Source: a virus. From it: 64,000 nucleotides of DNA. The first letter of the stretch is position 1; every line of letters starts with the position of its first letter. Shown here piece after piece: positions 10,564 to 19,591 of the stretch. Where the stretch lies: positions 74,924-138,923 of the IMG/VR virus record IMGVR_UViG_3300036772_000425; one strand, 5' to 3'. The notes beneath the pieces were generated by a model. It ran no database searches. It saw nothing but the letters and a program-made list of their open reading frames with translations, and was not told the origin of the DNA. The translations under genes and the position numbers were made by a program.

Positions 10564-11001
10564 ATCGTACCAGCGGAGGGAGTCGAACCCTCAATCCCTT
10601 TCGGGCCCCCGATTTTGAGTCGGAGCTGTATTCCAGTTCCAAGCACGCTGGCATGCGTATTCTGCGCTCCTCAGTTCGAACCCTTGGCTCTCCGATCGTA
10701 CGTGTGTGACAATTCAACCCACAGTCGTGTTGGAGCTCGCACCCGATCATCTTCATCCGTGTCGATCGAGACGACAAGCACCAGCCCAAAGATCCTGAGA
10801 ACCCTGTTGATGGTGTTCAGCTGCATTTGAGTCCAACTCCCGCCCACGGTACGATAGTGCTTTCATCGATGACGATGGCACGTTTGCGGAAGTCCAGGAC
10901 CAGCTTTTCACCAGGTGATTCGAGTGTTCCTTCTCCGTTGAGGAACATTCGCTTCCGGTTGATCGCATCAACCTTCTCCTGGGTCAGCTTGCGTCGTTTC
11001 T

Positions 11002-11328
11002 TCATCCCAACCTCTTCGAGTCCTTTGTGGCCAGATCGTAGGATGATCCGATCAGGATGTACAGGTCGTTCGGAGAGAAACCCGGTACAGGTGTTCCGGT
11101 TGAGTGAAACACTTCCGCCATTTCATGGTGAACCGGGCACAGGCTGATGCCGTTGGAAGCTGCGTAGCCCCCATTCGGCATCAGGTTACGATCGGTGATG
11201 TGGTGAGCGTCCAGATCATCACGTTTGATGAAGCACACCCGACATGCGTTAGAATCACGCTTGAAAACAGCGTCCCTGAAGGCCTGCCGGATCCGCTTCT
11301 TCTCAGATGACATGGAGATGACTTCCAC
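11002..11328 (-). CDS. HNH endonuclease
   Basis: 108 aa; CRVC...DAHHI...N...LCPVHH, an HNH/His-Me finger pattern. Confidence 0.6.
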   Translation of the reverse strand: MEVISMSSEKKRIRQAFRDAVFKRDSNACRVCFIKRDDLDAHHITDRNLMPNGGYAASNGISLCPVHHEMAEVFHSTGTPVPGFSPNDLYILIGSSYDLATKDSKRLG

Positions 11329-11382
11329 CTGAGGCGGTGACGCCGCGCTTCAGCACGGCACCCCACCATTGGACGTTGAGGA

Positions 11383-11697
11383 TCATCGAACCCAGTGACC
11401 CCGCGCGAAGGCCCACCGACGGTGCACGTAGGTGTAGCGCGGGTGGATCCAACGGTACCCAGCGACGATGCGGACGTGGTACCCGGGTGACCAGACCCAA
11501 CGGTTCACAGACCAGCCCCAGTAACCACGTGACCAGATGTACCCGGGACGGACCACGAAGGTCTCCACGATGGGCGCAGGGGCCGCAACGTACTCGCACT
11601 CGGCGCTGTACACCTGCTCATCATCGGCCGAAGCATCCTTTGCAGGGAAGCAGGCAGAACACGCGATTGCAGCGGCAATGATCAGATTCTTCAGCAT
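11383..11697 (-). CDS. secreted protein with YxWGW/PGY repeats (signal peptide)
   Basis: Trimmed to internal ATG at 11697 (MLKNLIIAAAIACSA...); GGAGAGAG RBS; repeats RPGYIWSRGYWGW / WVWSPGYHV. Confidence 0.5.
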   Translation of the reverse strand: MLKNLIIAAAIACSACFPAKDASADDEQVYSAECEYVAAPAPIVETFVVRPGYIWSRGYWGWSVNRWVWSPGYHVRIVAGYRWIHPRYTYVHRRWAFARGHWVR

Positions 11698-11904
11698 TTT
11701 CTCTCTCCATACCTTGGGCGGGTGCCCAGGTGACATTGACATGAGGATGGTACTGCGTCCACGGTTGGGTGTTTCAGACCTTTTCTTCGTTGAAGTGTTA
11801 CGGTCTGTTACGGCAGTGTTACGGTCGGGTTGTAACACCCGGTGTAACACTTTACAGCACCATCACCCATGACATAGGTATCTACGATGTGGGAATTATG
11901 ACGG

Positions 11905-11976
11905 AGCAGTCCACGGGACTCGAACCCGTAACCCTCCGGTTGGGAACCGGGAGCGCTACCGTTGCGCCAGGACTGC
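11905..11976 (-). tRNA. tRNA-Gly(CCC)
   Basis: hand-folded cloverleaf: acceptor gcagtcc/ggactgc, T-arm acggg-actcgaa-cccgt, anticodon loop uucccaa. Confidence 0.7.
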
Positions 11977-12062
11977 AAATTCAAAAAGCGCTTTCACCTA
12001 CGGTCTCGGAGGTTCATGGGATCCCCACGATCTTACCGGACAGACAACGGTTACTGGCGCGG

Positions 12063-12134
12063 AGCGAGCGACGGGGTTCGAACCCGTGACAACCAGAATG
12101 GAAACCTGGTGTTCTACCACTGAACTACGCTCGC
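12063..12134 (-). tRNA. tRNA-Gly(UCC)
   Basis: cloverleaf: acceptor gcgagcg/cgctcgc, T-arm acggg-gttcgaa-cccgt, loop uuuccau. Confidence 0.65.
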
Positions 12135-12219
12135 AAAGCATGTTCACCTCCGGCTTGTCCGCTCCGCGACCCTGCGGTCGCATCACCGCCGACAAGCGCT
12201 TGGGTAGTTACTGATGCAG

Positions 12220-12291
12220 AGCAGGCGGCGGGATTCGAACCCGCGATTTCCTCCATGGCAAGGAGGTGCGATACCACTTCGCTACGCCTGC
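12220..12291 (-). tRNA. tRNA-Gly(GCC)
   Basis: cloverleaf: acceptor gcaggcg/cgcctgc, T-arm gcggg-attcgaa-cccgc, loop uugccau. Confidence 0.7.
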
Positions 12292-12314
12292 ATCATTTTT
12301 TGGTGTTGAGTCTG

Positions 12315-12399
12315 CGGTAGGGAGAGGATTCGAACCTCCGGGTCCTTGCGGACCACCGACTTTCCAGATCGGGCACTTAAACCGCTCGTGCACCCTTCC
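12315..12399 (-). tRNA. tRNA-Ser(GGA)-like, class II
   Basis: 85 nt with long variable arm; anticodon loop cuggaaa; acceptor has one mismatch. Confidence 0.5.
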
Positions 12400-12610
12400 G
12401 TTCATTTCATAGTTGGCGCGCCAGTTCGTACTGCTCCTGCTTCAGGATCTGAACTGCCGCCTCACCGATGTGACATGTGCTGCCTTCATTTTCCTCTGCC
12501 TCGCGCAGCATCGCCTTGATCCTCACCGCCCGTTCCCGAAGTTCCCGACCTGGGTTCGGTCGTTGGCTCAGGATCACATCATCCTTCATGCACAGGTAGC
12601 ACATTTCTTC

Positions 12611-12697
12611 GCGGAAGCGGCAGGATTCGAACCTGCGGGACCCTTTCGGGTCCGCCTGTTTTCGAGACAGGTGTCTTCAACCGCTCGACCACGCTTC
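12611..12697 (-). tRNA. tRNA-Ser(CGA), class II
   Basis: acceptor ggaagcg/cgcttcc; T-arm gcagg-attcgaa-cctgc; variable arm gggaccctttcgggtcc; loop cucgaaa. Confidence 0.7.
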
Positions 12698-12987
12698 CGT
12701 TCTCTCACCAGATCCTGTTCGGATCCCGTCCGATCAGACTGGACCACGACTGACCTACCGACATCATACCAACCGAACTTCCCGCAAACCCAGGGATCCT
12801 CGATCCCATGTAGGTCCCACAGACCGTGAAGGTGCACTTCGCACCGCATCCTGAGCAAACGTGCTCATAGACACCCGGGCTGTAGAACATGTGACTGGGA
12901 GGACTGTGATCCGGGCTCATGCACGGTCGATGACGACGCTCCCAATCGGGATCGGAGATCTTACGGGTCGGCATATTCAATCCTTTG

Positions 12988-13074
12988 CAGAGGAGGAGGG
13001 ATTCGAACCCCCGGATCCCTTTCAGGATCGCCTGTTTTCAAGACAGGAGCCATCAACCGCTCGGCCACCCCTCT
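12988..13074 (-). tRNA. tRNA-Ser(UGA), class II
   Basis: 87 nt; long variable arm; anticodon stem cctgt/acagg with loop cuugaaa. Confidence 0.7.
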
Positions 13075-13150
13075 ATGCTTTCTCAATTATGGGGTGCGAT
13101 GCGATGCTGTTCACCCCATACCTTCCCACCCGTAATTTTCTGGTGGGTCG

Positions 13151-13237
13151 CGGAAGCGGCAGGATTCGAACCTGCGGGACCCTTTCGGGTCCTTCCGGTT
13201 AGCAACCGGACGCCATAGGCCTCTCGGCCACGCTTCC
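13151..13237 (-). tRNA. tRNA-Ser(GCU), class II
   Basis: 87 nt; acceptor ggaagcg/cgcttcc; loop uugcuaa; long variable arm. Confidence 0.7.
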
Positions 13238-13584
13238 AAGATCTTCTACCTCATCAGGAGCCGGATCGACGACCTGATCCTCTGACTCATCGTCAGGTGG
13301 GTCTCCCGTGTCCCTGTAGTACGGGTCGCATACGTTTGGGACCCAAACTGAGCTTTCCGTTCCGTCAACCTCGACGGTCTGCACCGTTCCACCCTCACAA
13401 CCTGTCGGTCCTTCTTCGGGCGACCACAACAGGTCACCGTGTTCATGATGAACCAACGACGGTCCTTCATGCCCTGGAACCCGCGTGGCACCAGCAGAGC
13501 AACCCACCAACATGACCATCGTAGGGAACATGTACCGAAGCATGCTGGAACATACACCACGCGCTCCATGTTTCTACAAGGTCT

Positions 13585-13656
13585 GTCAGCGCAGTGGGAT
13601 TCGAACCCACGACATCCACTTCGTAAGGGTGGCGTCCTGCCTCTGGACGATGCGCT
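13585..13656 (-). tRNA. tRNA-Val(UAC)
   Basis: acceptor cagcgca/tgcgctg; T-arm gtggg-attcgaa-cccac; loop cuuacga. Confidence 0.7.
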
Positions 13657-13669
13657 GGCTGTTGTTGTT

Positions 13670-14065
13670 TCAGAGCAGGCGGAGCGTGCTGGTGATCGGA
13701 TCGATCTCCTCGGCGAGGCACGGTCCGAACGCGGCGCACGTTAGGGTTGGGACTCCGTGGAATTCAGTCCTCCCTGCGTCGACGATCGGGTAGACCTCCA
13801 CGTCTGCAAGTTTGGCACGGAGGATCAGCTGCTGCAGTTCCTCCTCGCTGTCGCACCCAGCAACGATCTTCGTGAAGGATCCGGAGAAGAGCCAGGTTGC
13901 CTCCTCGCGTGACAACTTCACCATGAGCTCATCGTCCCGATCCGCCTCATTGTTGTCGACCAGGAATTTCATGGCAGCGTGGGCGACCTGCGAGGCCAGC
14001 TTTCCCTTCCTCATGTTCAGGTCGCGACGGACGACGATAACCTGCTTGACATCGCTCATGATCAT
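13670..14065 (-). CDS. peptidyl-tRNA hydrolase, PTH2 family
   Basis: Trimmed to ATG at 14065 (MIMSDVKQVIVVRRDLNMRKGKLASQVAHAA...TLRLL); GGAGGT RBS 5 nt upstream; the longer ORF would overlap two tRNAs. Confidence 0.75.
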   Translation of the reverse strand: MIMSDVKQVIVVRRDLNMRKGKLASQVAHAAMKFLVDNNEADRDDELMVKLSREEATWLFSGSFTKIVAGCDSEEELQQLILRAKLADVEVYPIVDAGRTEFHGVPTLTCAAFGPCLAEEIDPITSTLRLL

Positions 14066-14085
14066 TACCTCCAAGGGCGATGCTG

Positions 14086-14157
14086 TGTCCCGCGTTGGGT
14101 TCGAACCAACGAGCTCCACCGTGTGAGGGTGGCGATCTACCGCTGATCTAGCGGGAC
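14086..14157 (-). tRNA. tRNA-Val(CAC)
   Basis: acceptor gtcccgc/gcgggac; T-arm gttgg-gttcgaa-ccaac; loop cucacac. Confidence 0.7.
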
Positions 14158-14192
14158 ATCGGGAGACATCCATCTGCCTCCCGTAGGTAGGA

Positions 14193-14462
14193 TCAGCGTG
14201 CCCGATTCTTGGGTTTGACGATCACTGCCGGCCTCATCTCCTCGATGAGGCCCTTGAGGTGAGCGCGCTGGCGCGCAGCACCAACACCCACCCCCAATCG
14301 AGCGTCCAGAGCAGCGAGCTGCTGTTCCGGGTTCAACCCTCGCCAGGCCACGAGACGTTCGGCGGCCTCCGTTTGCTTGATGGAGGTCTTGTCAGGGCGC
14401 GGACCGCCCTCGCTGTAGCGACGGCCCGAGCTCGACTTACGACCCATCTTCGGCATTTCCAT
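14193..14462 (-). CDS. hypothetical basic protein
   Basis: 89-aa ORF. Confidence 0.35.
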   Translation of the reverse strand: MEMPKMGRKSSSGRRYSEGGPRPDKTSIKQTEAAERLVAWRGLNPEQQLAALDARLGVGVGAARQRAHLKGLIEEMRPAVIVKPKNRAR

Positions 14463-14506
14463 GGTGTTTATGGCCTCTGCTCCCGTGGGAGCTTCACAGG
14501 TTCAAA

Positions 14507-15115
14507 TCACCAGTGATGATCGGGACACGATCCGGAACCGCACCCGCCATCACCGGTACCGCAGTTGCTTGTAAGACAATCGCATGTCTCCTTGCACACC
14601 TCGACGCATTGCAGGTACACGTGGCAGGTGCTTACGTGATCCTTCCCATCGGTGTGTTGGCATGCCGTGTAGCATCCGTCCACACATTCCTCGTGGTCAA
14701 CATACCCATCGCACGTCAACCCTCCGCAGACAGTGCCGCCTCCTGATCCGCTCGACCCTGCGGACGATGTCGAGGTCGTTGAACCGTCAGACGCCGAGCT
14801 TGAGACGTTCGATCCACCTGAACCGGTGACAGTTGGGTTCGACCCACCGGCAGCCCCTGCACCTGATACCGTCGTTGAGCTGGTGACATCGCACCCACCA
14901 TGGCCACCCGCACCAACGGAGGACGTGCTAGATGGGCTGGAAACGCTCGATCCTTGCCCGCCGGCGCCGCCGGAACCACCGGCGCCACCGGTGCCAGTCC
15001 AGGGCGGGCAATCACAACCACCCGTTCCCGATGATTCTGGGAATTCGACCAACTGCGATCCACCGCACGCAGCGAGGACCAGCGCGCTCAGGGCGCACAG
15101 TTTCGTGAACTTCAC
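14507..15115 (-). CDS. putative lipoprotein, Cys- and Gly/Ser/Thr-rich
   Basis: N-terminus MKFTKLCALSALVLAACGGS reads as a lipoprotein signal with lipobox; multiple Cys pairs. Confidence 0.5.
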   Translation of the reverse strand: MKFTKLCALSALVLAACGGSQLVEFPESSGTGGCDCPPWTGTGGAGGSGGAGGQGSSVSSPSSTSSVGAGGHGGCDVTSSTTVSGAGAAGGSNPTVTGSGGSNVSSSASDGSTTSTSSAGSSGSGGGTVCGGLTCDGYVDHEECVDGCYTACQHTDGKDHVSTCHVYLQCVEVCKETCDCLTSNCGTGDGGCGSGSCPDHHW

Positions 15116-16131
15116 TTCGAACCTTCTTTCCTGATGACGAACCTGACGTTGAACTCGACCCTGCGGTTCTCGACCCTACCCGCCTTCTTCCCGTTGTCAG
15201 CGATGGGGCGTGAGTAGCTGAACCCACGAGCTGTCATCCGGTCCGCGGGCAGGCCGGCCGCCTTCAGGCAGTCCAGCACCGCCTGAGCACGCTTCTCAGA
15301 GAGCCGCAGGTTGTGCGGTTCCGGAGGGCCATCGTTGGAGGCATGGCCTTCAACCACCAGCGACCAACCCTTGTGGGCCTTGAGAACATCGATCACGTGT
15401 GCGATGTGCGGCACGGCCGCGGGCAGGATCACCGCTGAATCAGGGCCGAATTGCACCTTCTCGTTCAGCTCGAAGGTCTCCGGTTCCACCACCCGCACGA
15501 CGGGTGCCGGCAGCTCCCTGGGCGGAAGGATGGGTTCGATCAGGGCGGGTTCACGCACTGCCTTCAGGGGTGAGGGTCCGATCTCCAGGCTGAGGCCGAA
15601 GATCAGAACGTGAGCGTCGCTGCCGTCGATCCCAGCTCGAGAGACCTGAGCGATGTCAAGGTACCTGACGTAGGGTCCGAACCACACGTTCCTCCGCTCG
15701 TTGAGCGGCACCGAGGCGCCGAGCGCTGTCGTCAGGGCAACCCGATCGAGCGGTCCGGTACGAGCGTACTGGACGCTGCCGTCGATCCAAGGAGAGACTG
15801 CGGTCAGGCCCGTCCCTGTGTTCGATTCATCATGAGGTCGCTTGAACCTGACAACGGGACCGACAGACCACATCGATCCTGCGTTGATGCCCTGGATCTG
15901 CGATGGCAGCGACAGGAACGATCCGAACGCTCCGACGTCGAAGAACGGCACGACCCCGATCAACGGCTTGAGCGCCAGGGTACCGCCGGTGTCGAACCTG
16001 TCGGTCTGCGGCGTCGCCAACGGAACAGCCACCCCACCTTCGACGGTCAGGGTCGGTGGGTCAGCCGCAAACGCAGCGACAGGCAGCAGGAACGCCGCCA
16101 TCAGGCTCAGGCTTGTCAGGGATGCTTTCAT
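15112..16131 (-). CDS. OmpA-family protein (signal peptide + OmpA C-terminal peptidoglycan-binding domain)
   Basis: Signal MKASLTSLSLMAAFLLPVAAFA; C-terminal NLRLSEKRAQAVLDCL...RVEFNV matches the OmpA_C pattern. Confidence 0.65.
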   Translation of the reverse strand: MKASLTSLSLMAAFLLPVAAFAADPPTLTVEGGVAVPLATPQTDRFDTGGTLALKPLIGVVPFFDVGAFGSFLSLPSQIQGINAGSMWSVGPVVRFKRPHDESNTGTGLTAVSPWIDGSVQYARTGPLDRVALTTALGASVPLNERRNVWFGPYVRYLDIAQVSRAGIDGSDAHVLIFGLSLEIGPSPLKAVREPALIEPILPPRELPAPVVRVVEPETFELNEKVQFGPDSAVILPAAVPHIAHVIDVLKAHKGWSLVVEGHASNDGPPEPHNLRLSEKRAQAVLDCLKAAGLPADRMTARGFSYSRPIADNGKKAGRVENRRVEFNVRFVIRKEGSK

Positions 16132-16208
16132 GTGTTGTGTTTCTCCCGGGATCCAACGGATCCGCGAGGTGAATCCTACAACACACGGTGCACCGTAAAC
16201 CTCACCAG

Positions 16209-16285
16209 CACCCCCGGCAGGGTTCGAACCTGCATGTGTCCGGTTACGGTTCCCACTGCTTAGAAGGCAGAGCCGATACGGAGGT
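16209..16285 (-). ncRNA. tRNA-like element (Arg-type acceptor and T-arm; anticodon arm not foldable)
   Basis: acceptor acccccg/cggaggt and T-arm gcagg-gttcgaa-cctgc nearly identical to tRNA-Arg(ACG) at 17688, but no canonical D or anticodon arm. Confidence 0.35.
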
Positions 16286-16424
16286 GTGACCTGGGTGTGA
16301 GCCTGCTTTCACCTTCCTGGTTCCGCCCAAGGCGGGTGCAACCCACCGCAGGGATTTTCACCCTTATGACAGTTACTCACCGTCAGGGACGCCCACCTCA
16401 CGATGGCTCCGTCCTGACGACCCG

Positions 16425-16498
16425 TCTTCCCGGCGCGATTCGAACGCGCGATCTTACGCTTCGGAGGCGTACGTTCTATCCAGCTGAACTACGGAAAG
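16425..16498 (-). tRNA. tRNA-Arg(CCG)
   Basis: acceptor 7 bp with one G-U; T-arm gcgcg-attcgaa-cgcgc; loop cuccgaa. Confidence 0.7.
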
Positions 16499-16512
16499 AT
16501 TTCAACACTGAG

Positions 16513-16586
16513 CGTCTCTGGGAGGATTCGAACCTCCGACCACCGCGTTAGGAATGCGGTGCTCTATCCAGCTGAGCTACAGAGAC
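16513..16586 (-). tRNA. tRNA-Arg(CCU)
   Basis: acceptor gtctctg/cagagac; T-arm ggagg-attcgaa-cctcc; loop uuccuaa. Confidence 0.7.
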
Positions 16587-16720
16587 AAGCGCACTTTCAC
16601 CTACGGTCCCGGTGGGATTTGCACCCACACCCTCGAAATCATACCTCGATGTGCTCCGTTACACCACGGAACAACTCTTGGCCGGCTGTCCGGCAGTTAC
16701 TCATGTGAGCTGAAGGTACA

Positions 16721-17194
16721 TCAGACGTCCTCGGCCTTACACCGTTCCCTGGTCTCCATGAGCAATTTTCCGAGCCAGTTCTGGCCTGCACCGCGGCACA
16801 CGCCCCAGAAGCGATCGTTCCAGCTGTTTCCCTCGATCAGTTCAGCTTCTTCGGTCGCCAGCAGCATCGCCCTGAGCAACGGGTTCTTGAACTTCTCACT
16901 GAGACACATTCGCATCACCTCCACCTTTCGAGCGTCCCAATCGGGAGCAAGCTGGCAGGATTGACCGAGACGCTTTGCGACACCTGGGCTTCGAGCCTCC
17001 CGGATCATCTTCTGCGTGACGGGATCTGAGGACTTTGCAGCCTGGTACGCATGCTCCACGCTCGGGTACCGAACACCGTCGAGCCAGATCGATGCCTCGT
17101 GGAAGTTGCTGAGGAACCCGAACGTTCCCGTGAAGGAATCGATCACGGGTTCAGCGCATGGCAGTTCAGGTTGCCTCGTGCTGTCCATGTTCAT
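16721..17194 (-). CDS. NADAR (YbiA-like, DUF1768) domain protein
   Basis: 157 aa; FGFLSNFHEASIWLDGVRYPSVEHAYQAAK...RFWGV matches the NADAR/YbiA signature. Confidence 0.7.
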   Translation of the reverse strand: MNMDSTRQPELPCAEPVIDSFTGTFGFLSNFHEASIWLDGVRYPSVEHAYQAAKSSDPVTQKMIREARSPGVAKRLGQSCQLAPDWDARKVEVMRMCLSEKFKNPLLRAMLLATEEAELIEGNSWNDRFWGVCRGAGQNWLGKLLMETRERCKAEDV

Positions 17195-17685
17195 GCACCT
17201 GTCGATGTTGAATGGTGTACCACGTATGGGATGCAGGCAACGATGACCCTGCGGACCATGTCAGCAGTTCCCTTGCTGGACTCCAGGTTGTCGTGGAAGA
17301 CCAGACATTCATCGAGCGGTTCATCTTGCCTGTTCTCGGTGTCAATCATCAGCTGGTTCCTGATCGGGCCAGCGGCCCGCCCGTGCTTGCTCCAATCGGC
17401 TGGGTACCCCCGGACGATGAATCCTAGCGTCTCAGCGACGACGGCACAGGTGTTGTCGGCTCCCTTGCATGCACCGTGCACCAGGATGGTGCCTGGTCGG
17501 TACACCTTGAGCGCCTCGACGATCGACTGCACGTCAGACCAGTTTCGATCACCCGTGATCAGGATCTTCCTGACCGACCGGTCCTCGGGCAGCCTCCTAC
17601 GCTCCTCGGGGTCGCGCCGATCGTTGTGCCGGCGATCGGGCTTGACGCGCCTGATCGTGCCTCCACGTCGAGCTTCATTGTCCAT
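17191..17685 (-). CDS. SLOG/DprA-like Rossmann-fold nucleotide-binding protein (DUF2493-like)
   Basis: Trimmed to ATG at 17685 to avoid the tRNA; motif ILITGDRNWSD...VHGACKGADN...AAGPIRNQLM; ATGA overlap with the NADAR gene. Confidence 0.45.
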   Translation of the reverse strand: MDNEARRGGTIRRVKPDRRHNDRRDPEERRRLPEDRSVRKILITGDRNWSDVQSIVEALKVYRPGTILVHGACKGADNTCAVVAETLGFIVRGYPADWSKHGRAAGPIRNQLMIDTENRQDEPLDECLVFHDNLESSKGTADMVRRVIVACIPYVVHHSTSTGA

Positions 17686-17687
17686 GG

Positions 17688-17761
17688 TGCCCCCGGCAGG
17701 GTTCGAACCTGCGACCTTCTGTTTCGTAGACAGACGTGGTATCCTGCTCCACCACGGAGGC
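17688..17761 (-). tRNA. tRNA-Arg(ACG)
   Basis: acceptor gcccccg/cggaggc; T-arm gcagg-gttcgaa-cctgc; loop cuacgaa. Confidence 0.7.
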
Positions 17762-17770
17762 GACGTTCCT

Positions 17771-18169
17771 TCACCAACCGAAACGGTCCTGGCGCTCGCG
17801 ATCATTCTGCATGATCAGGGACAGGTTGCCGGCTTCTTCTGCTTCTCGCTGGCGTGAGTTCTCCTCACGCGTGCGACGTTCGTGTTCGTCAGACCGCGCG
17901 AGCTCCTTTGCGTAATTCTCTTGCTGGCGAGCCCGAGCGAGCCCAGCGGCGTAACCACGATTGTACGCAACCTCTTCGATCTCTGCCCTGGTCTCTGCCT
18001 CCGTCTTTGTCCGGACAGGTTCGACGGTTTCATCGATGATTTTTTGCCATCGGTCCACGGAGGGTTCGTCCACGTGGCGTTCGTTCCTCATCTGGATGTT
18101 TTCAAGAGCTGTTTTGATCTTTTGTTTCTTTGGAGCGGTCATCAGCATCACCAGTTCCCATCGTACCAT
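17771..18169 (-). CDS. hypothetical coiled-coil/charged protein (start uncertain)
   Basis: 132-aa ORF, R/E-rich. Confidence 0.3.
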   Translation of the reverse strand: MVRWELVMLMTAPKKQKIKTALENIQMRNERHVDEPSVDRWQKIIDETVEPVRTKTEAETRAEIEEVAYNRGYAAGLARARQQENYAKELARSDEHERRTREENSRQREAEEAGNLSLIMQNDRERQDRFGW

Positions 18170-18817
18170 CGGGACAGGCGAAACTTCATGCCCGTCCGAT
18201 GGTCAGTTACCAGGTCGTCCTGTGTCCTGTACGTTCGAACCTTGTCACCGCGTTGACCTGAACCCACCTGGGTCTTCCGTTCTGATTCACGAAGCCTGTT
18301 CATCCTTTCGGATTCAACGTCATGGATCCTGGCTGCAAGGACCTTCAGGGCGGTGGCCCTGTTCTGGTGCTGCGACCTTTCGTTGTCTATCCTGACCTGG
18401 ATTCCTGTGGGGCGATGAACAGCGATCACGCACGACTCTGTCTTGTTCCTGTTCTGCCCGCCCGACCCGGTGCCGCGTGCTGTCGTCACGACAACATCCT
18501 TCTGATCCAGGTGAAAACCAGCAGACATCTCAGGATCCATCACCGCGACGGTGACCGTCGATGTTTGGACCCTACCACGCTTCTCGTTGGGAGGGACCCG
18601 CTGCCATCGGTGACCGCCTGCCTCGTTAGCGTACAGTGACCTGCATCCGGGCCCCTCTACCGTGAAAACGACCTGACCGGGCCTTTGATCGATCAGCTGG
18701 ACGTCAAAGACCCCTCTGGGCCGCAACGTTGCAGTACACGCGAAGCTGATCCTTGACAAGGAGCTTCGCATCGTCGCCGCCCTCGGCGGCCCGGATCTCG
18801 ATGATGATCGTTTCCAT
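18148..18817 (-). CDS. class-I release factor RF2-like (domains 2-4, GGQ motif) with +1 programmed frameshift at CUU UGA C
   Basis: Frame 0 from ATG 18817 (METIIIEIRAAEGGDDAKLL...AAQRGL) stops at UGA 18706-18704 within cagAGGGGuCUUUGAC; the +1 frame continues DVQLIDQRPGQV...SGGQNRNKTESCVIAVHRPTGIQV; the joined product aligns contiguously with RF2 domain 2. Confidence 0.65.
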
Positions 18818-18819
18818 TT

Positions 18820-19281
18820 TCACTCCATGAAATCGTAGTAGTGCTCTTCGAGCAGGGTCCGGTACACCCTCATGTTTGGATGGTACCGACTGAAGAAGTA
18901 CCTATCGTCACCCGTTAGAATTTTCGAGAGGGCTGCGGCAACCCCTGGTGACCTGCTCAGGCCAGCATCGCAGTGCACGATGAGCTCTTCCGCATGCGGA
19001 TGTTGCTTGATCGCGTCGAGCACCTGCCGTGCCTGCACCGGGCTGAAGCACCTGGGTTCGTAGTCCCTGACGGCGTCCGGGTGCCGGGACGAGATCTCGA
19101 TCAGGGCCCGATCGTCGAAATCGTGGAACTGCAGCTGCACCAGGGCACACGTTGCCGTGTTGGTCCTCAGCTGAGCCTCTGGTTCACCCGGTGTGCTGAT
19201 GGAGACGATGAGATGCGGATGCGACGGCATCTCGGCACGTTCAGCCTCTGTTCGGCAGAGGACAGTGAACCTGGTGATCAT
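18820..19281 (-). CDS. Cys-based (CX5R) phosphatase, dual-specificity/PTP-like
   Basis: 153 aa; active-site signature VHCDAGLSRSPG. Confidence 0.55.
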   Translation of the reverse strand: MITRFTVLCRTEAERAEMPSHPHLIVSISTPGEPEAQLRTNTATCALVQLQFHDFDDRALIEISSRHPDAVRDYEPRCFSPVQARQVLDAIKQHPHAEELIVHCDAGLSRSPGVAAALSKILTGDDRYFFSRYHPNMRVYRTLLEEHYYDFME

Positions 19282-19586
19282 GGCTCAACGTTCGTCAGGA
19301 TGCCGAAAACGTTCTTCCGGGTGCACCAACCGTTGATGTGACCGTGGTTGTTGCTGATCTGGTAGCGTTCATCGCTACCGATCGCAGTGACCTTGTGCAG
19401 CATCTGCCGACCGTTCACCTTGCACAGGACCGCATCGCCCACCCTGATCTCCCGATCTCCGATCGGCTCCACGGTCACCAGCTGCCCGCTCTGCACGATC
19501 GGGACCATGCTGCCTCCGTGCGGCCTGAACCTCACGGTCCGGCCTGAGAGCAGTTCCTGCACGTGATTTCGATTTCCGTCAGACAT
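19278..19586 (-). CDS. S24 (LexA/UmuD-like) serine peptidase domain protein
   Basis: Trimmed to ATG 19586 (MSDGNRNH...); RFRPHGGSMVP...GDAVLCKVNGRQMLHKV matches the S24 Ser-Lys dyad pattern. Confidence 0.6.
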   Translation of the reverse strand: MSDGNRNHVQELLSGRTVRFRPHGGSMVPIVQSGQLVTVEPIGDREIRVGDAVLCKVNGRQMLHKVTAIGSDERYQISNNHGHINGWCTRKNVFGILTNVEP

Positions 19587-19591
19587 ATGGG

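Noticed and set aside
13670-14173. Long form of the Pth2 ORF (167 aa) and similar N-terminal extensions of the SLOG, cytidylyltransferase, S24 and HNH ORFs
   Set aside because: The extensions overlap adjacent tRNA genes on the same strand. Internal ATGs with good RBS spacing lie just downstream of each tRNA, so the features were trimmed.
16590-16710. T-arm-like hairpin gtggg-atttgca-cccac suggestive of another tRNA or a tmRNA
   Set aside because: No complementary acceptor strands, D-arm or anticodon arm could be found, and the loop lacks TTCGA; not called.
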